Below are positions 36,501 through 50,692 of a stretch of DNA of 64,000 bases, piece after piece. A model generated the notes under the pieces. It saw nothing but the letters and a program-made list of their open reading frames with translations. It had not been told where the DNA came from and searched no databases. Each line of letters begins with the position of its first letter. The stretch's first letter is position 1. The translations under genes and the position numbers were made by a program. Origin of the DNA: Lingula anatina (Eukaryota; Animalia; Brachiopoda); NCBI GenBank assembly GCA_051362555.1, contig CM120640.1, positions 38,025,967 to 38,089,966 on the forward strand, read 5' to 3'.

Positions 36501-38225
36501 AACTACATGCCCATTAAAAATGATAAGTTAATAGTGAAATTTCAAAGAGTTATAACAAAGCAAAAGTATCTTTTTGTAACTTCTGTACTAGTAATTGAAC
36601 CTTCTTTTGAGGGCTTGTTTTTAAAAGGGCATCATCAATTAATGCAATAACAGAAATTGCAATGTAGCATGAAGCCATTTTCTGTTTCATAGGTTAGTTG
36701 TCTGTGTTGTACTCATATTAGTCATCTGTTTCTCTCTTTTATTTTTTTCATTATTGAAACATTTTTTATCTCCCTTGAGTGCTTTAGCTTCATTGTATCA
36801 TTTTATTTTACATTGTTAAATATCTGGAGCAATATTGTTTTACAAAAGTAATATCGATTATCAGTATAGTGTCTACTATGAAAAAAAAACTTGGAATGGC
36901 ATTTAGAAGTGTAAATAGTTTTCTCAGTGTTTTTCATGTCATTTGACTGCACGTTTTTTCCCAAGCTTGCTTACTTGAAAGCATCAATATTATCAGTATG
37001 GGTAGTGTATGCTTCAAGTCAAACAAACTTCCTTGCAGCTATAAACAAAATTTAAACACGAACACCTATAATAATAAATAAAACTGAAAAATTTTTAGTC
37101 TAAAGTATGACCGTCACCTCTGTGAGAAATGCAACCCATTTCTCCATGAAGCTGCAGTCGTGTGCCAGATATACTGAATTGACTGAAGAGGTGATTTTAT
37201 ATATTTTCAGAACACATTATATTATGATGCCTGGTGGGTAGGACAACATGTGGTGCTGGTGTGGATCAGTGCTTTCATCATGTTCATGGTGCACTTCTTG
37301 TCACCCAAATACACAGACATGCTGCACAAATGTGCCCTGCATCTGGGACGATGGCAGAAAGTGGAGGGCAGACATGCACATGTGCCATACAACCCGTAAG
37401 TTATAGTGCATCTTATATAATATGGTGAAAAAGTTATACAAAAAATAATAATAATTTAAGGTGAAGGATTCTAATAAAAAACTGAAGGATTTTAAATTTT
37501 ATAATTGCTGAATCTTTTGCCAAGCATTTCTATCATGAATTTGAGGTTGTGATAATAAAGGGATGTTTTTTTCAGCTGGTCAGAACTTCAGGTGTGGCAT
37601 CAAGGTGCACTGGTCAAACATGTTAAAGGTTTATTTAGAGCCGAAGGATTTAACAACACAGCTGAACCAGGCAACAGCATGCACACAAGATTTTATGTAA
37701 GTTGGCAAACGATTTTGCACACTTCTCTTTTGATGTGGCAAAGAAACATTCAAGGCAAAGTCATATGTATGTACCAATATGAGAACAAATAGAATATATA
37801 AATGGACTGAACTTTATTTTGAGAATTTCCCTAACGTAAAATGTCAACTATTTACCATCAAGTTACCAATGCAAACAACAATGCAATTGCAGTAAAAAGC
37901 TTACAGTGACCAAGAGTTTTCAAAGTTTAATTTTTTAAATTTAGAATAATATTGTTTTTCACAAATTAATTAAGACTTTGTTTTCATGTAGTTTCTTTTT
38001 TACCACCCTCTTCGTGTTGGTGGATGGCTGCTGCTGCTGACAACTCTCCTCATTGGCTACCAGTTTTTTACCCTGACACAGTGCACAGAATGGAGCCACA
38101 CTCTGACACTAGCCGTCATATTGTTTGCCAACTATTACATTCTCTTCAAGCTCCTCCGAGATCAATTTATACTGAGACAATGTTACAGAGATGAGAAAAC
38201 ATTACTTCAGCAACCTAAAGAGTGA
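33582..38225 (+). CDS. TMEM39: Transmembrane protein 39 (TMEM39A/B family), 8 coding exons
   Basis: Exons 33582-33673, 34335-34533, 34945-35028 (GC donor), 35204-35358, 35565-35850, 37211-37395, 37576-37696 and 37992-38225. Motifs [64 protein letters not shown] and WHQGALVKH. Confidence 0.95.
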
Positions 38226-39515
38226 ATAGAAAATGGATCTTGGTATATTTTATTCCTGGGTCGTTTCCTTTGAGAGAAAAAAATACAAAACATCAAAAAA
38301 TACTTTTTGTCACACCAAGTATCAAAGGCTCACAAGATTTTATTGGTAATATGGTGACACATTTTAGTTTGCCCTTGTGATAATATTAAATATTTCCTTA
38401 TGATGAACTGTATCTCTCCATCCAGGTATGCACCATTTTTCACTTTGCCTTTTATTGTAATAGTATTGTTGTTGCAGAAACAGTATTAGATATAAAACAT
38501 ATAATTTCTGTGTGCATTTGTAAATTCTAGGAATAATTTATATCAGCCTCACTGGATAAGATGTTTCCTTTCTTTTGACTGCCAGGAAAGTGATTTTACT
38601 AGGCAAGTAGTCTTGTTTATATTAGCATTGATATTGTATTTTTAGGAAATATATGTTATTAAGAAATGACTATTTTTGAGTTAATTTCTTTATATATATT
38701 AATTTTAATGTTTTGCATGATAAACATGCTCTTCATTTGGGGCAAAGGATTTAAATATGTTAGATTTTCATTGATGTATGTTAAAAAAATGTCACCATTC
38801 ATTATAGCATTGTTCCATGAAAATCTTATCCTTCCCCCCCCCCTTCTCTTTCAACTACCATGTGTTGAACTTGCTTCTAATTTCCGAATCTGATACCCAA
38901 CTCGCATAATTATCTATTATGACTGGAAAGTAATTTTTAAATTCATCTGGGATATAAAGTTTTAAGATGTCTCACAAAATATCTAAATTTCAAACATTAA
39001 ATTTGATATATAGTGGTTACCTTGTAATCCTCAGATTTAATGCAAAATGCAATTGGGCCTAGTCCAAGCCTTCAGTTTTAAGAACAAAGTAAAAACTGCA
39101 TAAAACTATAAACTGATATTTATTCACATACATCTCAAATCAGAAGCATCTTCACATCCTACAAATTTGGCGTAACTTTTTACAATGTGCATATCATATA
39201 AAAAATCTGTATGTAAGTGTATAATTAAAAGGATTGCAGTCAACCTAATCAAGTATAGAACCTTCTATGGTCAGTTCACAGCTATTAGGAACACAATCAT
39301 GCATCTTCACTTTCAACTAATTGTCTTGATTTGAATTGAAAAGTCACAAGTACTAATGAGAAAAAAAACATGTAATAATTATTTACAATTGTATCTGCCC
39401 CTTGGCTTCAAGATTCAAATTTATGATGACTTTTGAAAAGCGCTCATTTAATTTTTACACACTGACTATGAGTGGGAATTCGGAATACCCAGACATTTAG
39501 CACACCTGAAAATTA

Positions 39516-42500
39516 TTAGTCATCTTTTGTAAATTCTGGTCTATATTGAGTTTGTAGAAGATCTGCGTAAGATTTCTCTACCCCTGAGTAGAATAAGTTG
39601 ATGTAATCCTGAAAAGAGAAGAAAGGTTGTTAGCACATTGTTACATAGCACATCACAATCTATGCAATCATGCTATGCAAACAACAAAACATTTATATCT
39701 GTATTTACTCCCTCCATATAACCCTGTTAGCCGTAGCGCAAAAGTCACTAACAAAACGTATTTCAGTTATAAATTGATAATTATAATGTTAGCTATGTAA
39801 AAGATAAAACAACCAGAATTTGCACTCTAGCTGAAGCACAGAAAATATTAATAACAAATAGCCATTTACATTTAGTAATGAAAAAAAATATGATATACCT
39901 GAATTGTCTCCTTGTGATCAACAATCAATCTTGCTGCTTCAAACAGAGAATCAGCATACCTTCCTTGGTCTCTTAAATAGGCAGCATTTTCTTGTTCGTA
40001 CCTAATGATAAAAGGTATAAATGATAACTGCACACTGTTTTTCCTCATTTGTGATAATTATATTCCATTTGTCAAATGTATAATAAAAAATAATGATGAA
40101 CGAGGTGAAGATTGTACTGAGCATAAAGGTTAAAATATTGAAATCTGCATAACATTTGTTTCATTGAATAATTGGGGCAGCAATTTAACCTGTTTATTAT
40201 GTAACTTGGCACTGCAACCCACCGTTTATGTAACTGCTGGAGTTCTTTCTGTGCTTCTTGCACACTCATTTGTGAAGAGCGTCGCATTTCTGTAATTTCT
40301 GCCTGGATGGCATCAGTCTCTGCTTGTAGTTTTTGACACTCTCTTTGCATTGCCTGAAAAGAAACCAGTAAAATTTTAATCTGGGCTGTTTTGTTAAACT
40401 TACATATTTCTATGATTTATATGCAAACATTTTTATTTGGAAAACATTTACTCAGCTTATAAGATTATTAAACTTAATACATAGCTATCTCATGTCATCT
40501 GTAAATGTATGGAAATCACAGAGTTCTGTGAGAGGAGTGAAAGCATTTTTATTTAATTTACCAATATCAATCCCAAATTTCAAATCTCACCTCCTTTTTG
40601 CATTCAAGTTCCTCTTCTGCTCTTTTATGTTTACTTTCAAGTTTGGAAATTTCTTCCCCTTTATCAGATACCATTTCCGTTACCTAAAAAGGAATATGCA
40701 CAGGGTCACATCTGTTTCTTTGAAATTTGTCTAAAAATATAGCTATTGCTTCAGACTACTTGTAAACTCTCAGCAAGATAAATTTCACTGTGACAGTACG
40801 TATAAATCTTGTGTGAAACATGACATTTTATTGGGTAGATGATGTTCTTTGATATAATACTTTTCGATGTAGAAGCTCTTAAGTAAAGAAAAAAATCTCA
40901 CTTGATCTAAGCCCTCCATTTCTCCAATCCTTCTGGCCTCCATTTCATGGACCTTTTCATTGCATTGTTTCTTCATCTGAACCAAAGCTGGCTGAAAAAT
41001 GGAAAAAAAGGATTAACTATTCTGATTGTTGAAATTGAATAGTTAGTAAAAACATATCTGCCTGCTGACAAATTGTGTTTGATACATCCCTCCTTTCATA
41101 CAAAAACCACCGCAATCAACTTCTGATCTCACTCTTTTATTTTAAAATCAACTGGAAGAAATTTCAAAATAAAATTTCTTTTGCCTTACTTATGTAGCTT
41201 TCCCCAAATTTGAAAATGACACTTATGCCAATATAAATAGCATTGAGAAATGGACATATCAACAGCACACATACTTTTATAGCTCCAATGAAGTCAATGC
41301 TTCCAGAATGGAAATTAACTCTCATCTCATAGTCCCTTCCATGTGCATTCTCTGCAGAAGGGGGAATAAGTTTCAGCATGGTGGCTTTCTTGTTGTATTC
41401 CTGGCATTTGGCTTCTGTCTGCAATAGTAATATTAAGTAATATTAAGTACAAAGTCAAAATTAAACTTTCTTTACATATCTTATACATTTCATCCACAAA
41501 TTTGATTCAATTTCAGGTAATTCATTCATACCTAAAACAAGACTTTGTTAAAAAAGGTATTAAAGATATTACTGAAAGTACATACATTTTGCTGGATTTT
41601 TCCTATGTTTATTTCTTCATCCCAAATCTGCCTCTCTATTGCCTCAATATCCTTCTCTATACTTTCTATCTGCCTCTGCAGCTCTTGCCTGGCCATGTTG
41701 ATTCTTTCCACGTCTGCTGGTGAGAATTCTTGGGAATCAAAAATGGCTTTCATCCTCTTGTTGTTGGCAAGGATTGCTTGATACTCAGCAGCTAAAATGG
41801 AAATTAGTTCCATGTATAACCTTAAAATTTTGGAAAATGCAAAACAGTTTTTGTTCCTTAAAAGATTTTAATTTTATATCAAACTGAAGAATGGTGTGAT
41901 TTGCATAGCTAAGCATATAAATCTTGTAAACATCTTATATAACACATATACTTACTCATAGTGTTGAACTCTTCATCCACCTCTTGAATTCTTTTCTCAA
42001 AGGAATGCTTGTGTTTTTCTAGGTTTTCCAAATAAGCCTGAAATTTGCGCTCGTCTGCTGTGATTGTGTGATGTTTTTCCCTCAACTCGACCAAGCGATC
42101 CTAATATTCAAAATTAAACATAACATAAAAGATAGATCTGCATCAGTAGAAAAATAATCTTATTATTTTTGTTGACAACTTGAGTACTAAAATAACCATT
42201 AAGTTGATAAGATTATTATAAATATTAGCAAAGGAACATTACTGTGACAAGTAGCTTCAATTTCATTTTTTTATTAAAAGAAAATTATTGAATCTCACAG
42301 GTTCATTCTGCAAGTCTGTCAGCTCTCTTGTTAGAATATTGTTCTCTGAAACTAACTGATCTAGACCACCACTTATGCCCTCGGTTTTCTGCCCTAAAAA
42401 TTATAAAGTTGCAAGGTCACAACAAACAGTTGTTTTATTGTTCTTCGAGAATTATCAAATTTTGTTCAAGACCATGACAGTTAGGTTATGCTGTATACAT

Positions 42501-45165
42501 CAGTCAAAGAGAAAAAAAAAAGAAGAAGAATTTGGCAAAATCTCAACATGTTGTCTTTAAAAAATGATGAATTTCTGTAATTTTACAAATATAACTAGGC
42601 AATAATTATCTTACTGAAAGAATCCATATCATTTTATTTGCAGACTGTTTCTGATCTTCTAAGTAATTAGCACACTTACTTAGATTTCTTGCCAATTCCT
42701 CATCCAAATGTTCAAATGTATCTGCACCATTCAAAAAGGCAGCATATCCCTCTTCCATATAGTTAAAAAGAATCTGAAATAGACAGCAAAACTGTGTTGT
42801 CTCTATGGCTACAAACTATTATAAGAACTTTGGGGAACTGTCTTCGTATTTCATAAGCTAAACAAAACTGAACTAAGAGTTGAGTATTCTTTATAATTAA
42901 CTTATATTAAAGTTAAATACTGGCTAGGCCTTAATTCATTTTCTCCCTAATATAATAACAGTGCTAGTCTTATCACCTTTGATTCTGGGATGGAATCAAA
43001 TTCATCATCTCTTGGTGGAAAGAGAACAGCATCTGTGTCTACGTTAAAAGCATACTGAAAGAGAATGAACAGAAAAACATCAATTAAAAAATGTCTGAAA
43101 AATTCAAACATCCCTATGGAATACAAATGTTGTCAGTGATTATTAATGAAGCACTATACCCATGACAAGGCTGTTTCTTATAATGATTATTTTTTATAAT
43201 CATTATTTCTTTTTTCTTTAAAATAACATCTAAATGTACATCACACAATAAAGGAGCAAAAAGAAAAATAAATAAATAAAGGAATCTTACATCTGAAAAG
43301 TGCAACAATTGTCAATTAAAATTCATACCTTTACAATTTCCATTAGAAAACGGAGTGCTCCAAGAAGGGTGGGCCATGTGTGAGGGGAGCCAATGGAAAA
43401 CATGTTGGATTTCGAGATGGGGAATGGATATCCCATCAGTTTGAAAAGCTTAGGAATCTCTTCTTCAGGCTTGGGACCTACTTGATATTTTGGTTCAATA
43501 AATGAAAACAGAAACTGAAACAAAAAAATTGCAGGACATCAAGTTTTAGTCAAATTTAAACACCAGCGCTATGGACTTCTTCAAACATTTTTATACAATT
43601 ATTACTATCCTTATATGCAAAAAAAAATTCCTGTTGTTAAGACTTCAGTGCCAGTTATCAATATCATGTGCCATATGGTACCCTAAAAACCAGATAATAG
43701 AATGACTTTGTGACTGTTGCTGTATACAGAAAGATGGTTCTATCAGGGATGGTTGAAGCGAGTTGACAAGGTTATTAGCATCACTGTAAGACTGAAGAAA
43801 CTAAAAACTTTTAACCTCTATCAAATAACTACCATTCATTCAATTATGGAACTAACCTCAAATATCCTGAAGAAATCCTTGCTCGTTGGGTAGAGCAACA
43901 CCTTTTTGTTTATGTTATGAGGAAAACCCTTCTCCAGCAAAAACTGAAAAAGGAAAAAAATGTGTACAGACCCATCCAAGAAATACTTTCTTAGTCATTT
44001 AGAGAACAACAATAAGATAATCATTTGTAGTAATTGTCGTTGTAAAGTTTTTGTGAACCATGTATGTTAATTTAACAACAGTGACAATCTTACATCTTTT
44101 GCATCTTAGCCCATCTGTGCATACCAAAGGACAAAAAAAAAAAAAAAAAAAAAAAACTTACTTCAAGTAAAAGTTTAATGCTTCTCTCCTTGTAAACCTT
44201 GTCAGAATTAGGTCTTGGGTCTTTCACCATACCATGCTCCCCGTAAGTGCGCCCATATCCACTTGACCGTCTATGAAAACCATAAAGATAATGAAGAGGA
44301 AAAAGCTGATTTATGACAATTTAGCACAATTAAGAAAACTAACTCATTATAACTCAACAACAATAAATGAAAATTAGTAATTTCAAATTATTTTCACCCT
44401 GCAACATCTTTTCCTATTGAATCTTAATTCACTTTCTAAATGTTTTGTATCTAATTAAAAAGAGAAGAAAAATGTGCATTACAGTCATGCTGCAAACTTT
44501 TTAAAACATCAAGACATTTAACTGAACAAAGGAAAGAAACAAAGTTTTGCAGTGAATGTCCATCTCTGTATTTTGATCTCCATTCATGGTGAGTTGTCCG
44601 TGTGAACCCACCACTATTTATGATTGCCCCTGTTGTTGCCACTCACTTGGACAGACTATACACAATTTTCTACTACTAAAATTTTTTGGCCATGAGTGAT
44701 AAGACAAACAATTTCAGCATGTGTGTTATTATCACCGTTATTTGGGATAAATGATGATACAATAAAAGAAGAAAAAAGTTTGACAGAAGAGAAATGATGA
44801 AAAAGGTGAGGAAAATACAGTGATTTCCTCAGGATCTTTAACAGTATATTCTGGCCTTCACAACAAAGCAAGTAACACAAAAATTATTTTCATTTCCAAT
44901 CCCTGAGAAAATTAACATACCTTTTTTTGGCTGCTGTAGCCATGCTGTTTGATGATTGGTTGTACCTAGGAAGCATGGATTTTCTGCTCCCAACAGAATT
45001 TCTTCCTCCCCCAATGGCAGATCCCACTGATGTCCTGCCCCCAACTGATGACCGCGTGCTTCCCGTGGAGAGGCGCCCACTTCCACTTGGTATAGGACCC
45101 TCATTCTTTACCCTCAGAGGGGCCAGGGAGAGTCGCCCACTGCTGCTAGCACTTGAACGCCTCAT
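39516..45165 (-). CDS. NDC80: Kinetochore protein NDC80/HEC1, ~15 coding exons
   Basis: First coding exon 45165-44921 (basic Ser/Arg tail), then 44270-44162 (KDPRP), ~43943-43857 (PTSKDFFRIFE) and ~43514-43329 (EEEIPKLFKLMGYPFPISKS...GSPHTWPTLLGAL). Coiled-coil exons follow, including FSPADVERIN and LKLIPPSAENAHGRDYE; last exon 39608-39516. Internal borders are approximate. Confidence 0.95.
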
Positions 45166-45794
45166 GCTAAATATAAGTAATAAATTTATGAAAATAATTT
45201 AAAAAATATAATCAGTGACATATGTCTCAGACATATATACCTAATACATAACAGGTGAATTATAAAACTAAAAAAAAAAAAAAACATAAATAGAGTAAAT
45301 ACTACTGACTGCAATGAAAACACATGCCACAAACTGGATGAGATAAGCTAAGGTACTTGTATATCAGTGATGCTTTTGATGATATAGAAATCATAAAATT
45401 TAATTCCAATTCCAATTATGAATTCAAAACAATCATGCAGTCACTCATTGAACTCTGTATAATTGTTTTCTTACGATTGGAAAAATCAGAAACTATTTAA
45501 TACCTTAAGACATTTTGATGCTAGTAATAATAAATGCATATATATATATATAAATATTTATATGTATATATTTGAATTATATATAAGCTAACTATGGGGC
45601 CATAAACTTGGATCAACTCGAACTTTACATTTACAATCAACTTGCTTCTAACGTTATTTCTGATCGAAGCAGAACGACTACAAGCATGTAGAATAGCAAA
45701 ACACAAATTGATTTCATACACATTCACATATAACTCATTTGTGAAAGTTTATTATGAAAATATTAAAAAACACTTAAAACAATGCATAATTTTA

Positions 45795-46185
45795 CCTTTA
45801 TATAACACTTCTCTACCACAGAGTAATTTGAATATGGCCGCTTTAAACTGAAGTGCTGTGCGCATGCGTGTGTTGTTGTCAATTAGCTAAGGGGGAAAAG
45901 TCATGTCACGTACTCTGTTGGGCTATTTGCGATGTTGAAGTCTTGCTATTCTATACACTATTTAGTAAATTCAAATTTTCACAATAGGAAACGCTCAAAA
46001 TGTGTCATTTTAGCAGTGTTGTTAGTTGCATTATGGGAAGGGTATCACGAGAAATGTTGCACATGCGCAGTAGCTTCTGAAGGCGCCATAATAGAGAATT
46101 TTAGGATGTTAAAAGGTTATTCTGAATTGTGTCCCGAATTATTAAATATTTGCATAGGATAGACTGATAAGCGATGCATATGGTA
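45795..46185. promoter_or_regulatory. Putative bidirectional promoter NDC80/TAB2-3 with non-coding first exons
   Basis: Minus-strand donor (TTTTACCT) at ~45795 and plus-strand donor (TG|GTAAGT) at ~46182. NRF1-type TGCGCATGCG at ~45859, CHR-like TTTGAA/TTTAAA at 45827-45847, E-box TCACGT at ~45907. Confidence 0.6.
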
Positions 46186-47676
46186 AGTGAAAATTGTTAG
46201 TCACAGACATTTAACAGCTTAATTGTTACTGAATTGCAACCACTTGAGTAACAGCATGGTTGGTAGTATTTTGTTATGATTTTGCGAACACCCCACTGTC
46301 CCCAGCGGTATTTGCACATACTCGTTGACCATGTTTTATTGAATACACCTAAACTTTAAGCTGATGTTATGCCCAAGCTTTCTAATCAAAAAAGCTTGAA
46401 GTTACCATTTCAATATTTCAAGTGGCATTGATGCAATTATTAGTAGTATTTCCCATGGTATGTACCTTTTCAATCCACTTGGTTGCTTGTGTGGTTGAAA
46501 GTGAAAGGCATTGATATTGTGTACTAATGATGCCAGCTGTTAATGTTATTATGTTTCTCAAAGTGTGTGGTTTATATGATAATGTTAATGCATTCGTTAT
46601 AAACCTAGTGTGAAATTACTTCAAAATAATGGTGTTAAACCAGAATGTTAGGACATTTGATAGATGAAGTGATAGTGATACATAAAAGCTATTTAATTCA
46701 TAATTTACTATGCAAACATAAGGTATCTGCTAAATTTTATATGATATTAATCCACATAATTCAGTGTGGAAGTTTGATTTGATTGTCACTTATGTCAAAA
46801 CTCCACACAACTATCAAGCAAAATCATTGTAACAGTAGGTTTTTGCAGAAGTTTTGATTAATTATATTTTGTGAAGTCGCAAATGAGATTTGTTGATATT
46901 TATACCTACAAAATCACAGACATCAGTTATATCCGTTGATCCAACTGGTTCATTCTTGTAGTTCTAAACAGTTATTGAATATCTGTTCAAGTGTCATGCT
47001 GAATTACAACTTCAGAAAATTTGAAACCCATATAAGTATTCAAGGTTAGAAATGTCCAAGACAGTTGTTTAGGCATGATGCATTGAAATGGGTATATGTT
47101 AATTATTATTCCTAAGCATGGTCTGTAAATTATGTTACTCAAATCAAATCAAAATATGCTAAAATAAATAAAGACTTGGATTTTTCTTTTTGATATGGAC
47201 AGAGTACTGTATCAGAGTTTGATACAAACTAGGTCTAAAAATTTACTTGCCCTAGTCCAAAATCAAATTAAAAAAAAAGGGGGGAGGGGGATGCAAAAAT
47301 GATTAAATAGTGTGCGTACCAAGGCTTTCCCCAGAAAACCGTCCAGCTATCATATGGACGGCCGTAAGCCTCAAAACACTGCCTATATTCCCAAAGGCAG
47401 CTTATAAGATTTTCGGGTTGATATCTTGAGCCTGTTTAAGTTGGACTCCCTGTAAGTGTAAAGCGATAACCAAATTGCAGATTCAGATTTTGGTCTCCCT
47501 ATACACCAAATTCACCAGGGGAAACTCCTGGAATATGCTGATATATTTAGTTTGACCAAACTGTCTAGATGTCTGCGAAACTGTGTCTTTAGATGTATGA
47601 AACAGCAATATGTATTGTCTTTTGCCAAACCTGTAAAGTAAGTGAAGTACAAATGCCATCACCCATGGGGTTAAAA

Positions 47677-47951
47677 GGGGCTATTCAGAATAGATGATCC
47701 AAGTACTAAATGATCCACTGACTAAATATGGCCGATCACACTTCAAAAGCAATGCCGCTAATTCCCGATGGTCTCCCTGCCTCCATACGCGCCATTCAAC
47801 AGATTAAATCTTGGCTTTGAGGCTTAATTGCTAGGCCCCTGCAAGGACGTGGAGACCATCATGGAATAAGCGGCATCACTTTTGAAGTGGTGTCGGCCAT
47901 ATTAAGTCGGCGGATCCGTTAGTACTCGGATCATCTGTTCTAAATGGCCCC
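47677..47951. mobile_element. Fold-back MITE in a TAB2/3 5'-UTR intron
   Basis: GGGGCTATTCAGAATAGATGATCCAAGTACTAA...ATGGTCTCC pairs with GGAGACCAT...TTAGTACTCGGATCATCTGTTCTAAATGGCCCC. Confidence 0.8.
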
Positions 47952-49731
47952 ATAGATATTATATTTACTATATCAGTACTTATGGCTGTCTTGTTGGCAA
48001 ACTGGCAACAGAACTTCTTATCAGTATATTGTATAATATACTGAAATGAAAGCATAAAAGTTTGTTCATATAATGTGGCAATATAGAAAGTGTGGAGAGA
48101 CACTGTGTGGAGAACTCTGGAATATCAGGTGACATACAAATAAAATGTTTTCATCAGATTTTCTTGAGGTACCAGAGAACTTCAGTGAGGTGCTCTGCAA
48201 GTATTTCATTAGCAAGTCACTTGCAATTGTGGGCAAGTACCACTTAAATTCTATTTGCCCAACCGCAGATATTACTTGCACTGGACAAGTATTGCCAATT
48301 GTATGTTGAGCCCTGCAATACAGCTTGCATATATCGTGTTACTAACATCTCAGAGATTACATGGGTTTTTATGTCAACTGCCTGCTTTGAGTTTTATGTT
48401 GAAGTTATACATTTGATTTCAAACATCTGATTTTAAAGTTCATATATTTTTTAAGATTTGTAATGTTTTCAGTTATTCAAATTATATACTTTCTGACACA
48501 AAGTCCACTTGGTCATTGGAACTGTTTGTCCTCAGTATTAAAATAACAGTGTTATGTGGTATTTATTGTATCTAGTCTACACAGAAAGAAGGTCCATCAG
48601 CTGTGTTGTGCCCAAAAATGCTCTAGGTAGACTTTGAAATATTGCATATTTATAAAACAATTTCAATACTAGACAGTAGTTGTTGATTGAAGAAAAATCA
48701 CTGCTTTATGCTTCTAGAGTCTGAGTTCTTTGAATTGGAAGTGGTCACTTCTAACTCTGAGATTTTCAAAGAATGTGGAGGGGTACAGCACAAAGATTTT
48801 CTCTTAGACTGGTTTTGAAATATGGATGTTTATGTTAGTGCTTAGCACGAACCATGTGCTATATAGGTAACTAGATCTGTCGTGCTCCCTGTCTGGAGAT
48901 TTGTAGTCATGTGATGATTTTATCATGTGATCAGTTATCAAAATCCCCAAACAAGTGTTTCACAAGTGGTTATTATAAAACTGCTTTTCAATGTCAGAGA
49001 TCTGTTATCTTTCTGTACATATTGCATTTTTAAACACTGCGTAAGTATGTATTTCATATACTTAAAATATGTAAGCTGCAAACACTTAAAATGATCAACT
49101 AGACATATGCTGTATTAAATGGTAGACTAAATCAGAAATGCCCTTAAATGGTTGGTTCGTCAGTTTTAAATTATCTGTCACTGCTTCGAAGAAGTCCTAA
49201 ATTAAAACTATTAATTTTGAAAAAAGAATGTGAAGGTTTATAAATTTTAAACTTTGCTGTTCTGTTCACATCTAGAATTAGTTTTGTCAGTCTTGTGTAT
49301 TTGTAAAACTTTGCAAGGTTTTGTTTGAAAAACAATGCAATGTCTCTTCTAATCCATTTTGGTATTGATTTGGATGTGATTTTGTTATTTCTGGGAAAAC
49401 AGTTTTATTTAGTTTTATTTAGATCGATCGAATTCCCCTGGAGCTCTCCCTGAATGTAAGTAGATTAACATGTCTCCTCTTGTTTGCAACATACTTAAAA
49501 AATTACCAGCTTTTCTGTATTTTACTCAACACCAGGAGGAGGCATGTTTATCTGTTGATCTGATTGCATTTAGAGAGAGTCCCCACTGAGTTGGATCGAT
49601 CTACATAGAAAGATAGTTTCATTGGGAATGGGGCATAAGACTTGCATTAATAAGCTTACTAATAGTTTGCAGAAGTGACTGTCTCTTTATCTTCCTTATG
49701 ATATTGTGAATTATTTTGTTGAATTATAGGT

Positions 49732-50109
49732 AACTAGAAAAGCACTCGGAGAGCGCAGACCTCTGCCAAGGCAGCAAAGTCTCCATCCACCCCTTAAATT
49801 TCGATACTTTTGAATATTGATTATTGATTGGTTATAAATCCGGATCACCACCAAAAACTAATCATGTGTTCCTTGGCCCACTTCTGACAGTTCCTGAAAA
49901 TTTCATCAAAATGGGTCCATAACTTAGTTTTTTTATTATTGATTGATTATTGATCCGGATCACCACCGAAAACTAATTTCTTCCTTGGCCCTCTTCTGAC
50001 AGTTCCTGAAAATTTCATCAAAATCGATCCATAACTTTTTGAGTTATGTTGATGACAGACGGACAAACAAACAGGGGTGAAAACATAATCTCCTTGGTGG
50101 AGGTAATAA
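49732..50109. mobile_element. Helentron-associated non-autonomous element (HINE / DINE-1 / pearl-like)
   Basis: Subterminal inverted repeat ACCTCTGCCAAGG / CCTTGGTGGAGGT; two central repeats (CCGGATCACCACC...CTGACAGTTCCTGAAAATTTCATCAAAAT); short GACA/CAAA microsatellite near the right end. Confidence 0.75.
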
Positions 50110-50692
50110 TCTGTCATCATTGAACCATCACCCAAAATGCTATTACGTCACTGAGGTGCCTGTTGGTTTATTTTTTAAAGATATATTTATTGGTATTGGG
50201 TCGATTTTGGTCACCCGATGCTGATCTTTGCTGTTAGGCATTTCCTATATTTGGTGTAGTAATAATGTTGTGATTATTGCCACACTGTGGTATGAGGTCA
50301 GCATATAATCTTTCCATGTGTAAACAAGGAAGCACAATGACAGCAGCTACCTGCCATTGACACTAGTTACCTTCACAGTGACTCATTCTATGTGTACTAA
50401 TGCACATGGTACGGTTTCAGGGAAGTGTGCTGTTGGTTTGATAGGCATTCATGATCAATGCATACAGAATAAGAAGGGACTTTCTTAAAAAAAGCAAATA
50501 CTTTTGTTGACTAAAATAGACAGAAGGGAATGTGTAGCACTGGTTTTATATCATTTTTTTTTCAGGTTTTTAGTGCATGAGAAGGAACCACCTTGTTTCA
50601 TTCTTGAACCTTTAAATACTAATGAGTTTGCTTTTTGTCCTCAGGTGTATGCTGTGGTGTGAAGAATGGCTGAGGGCTGATATAACAACAAC

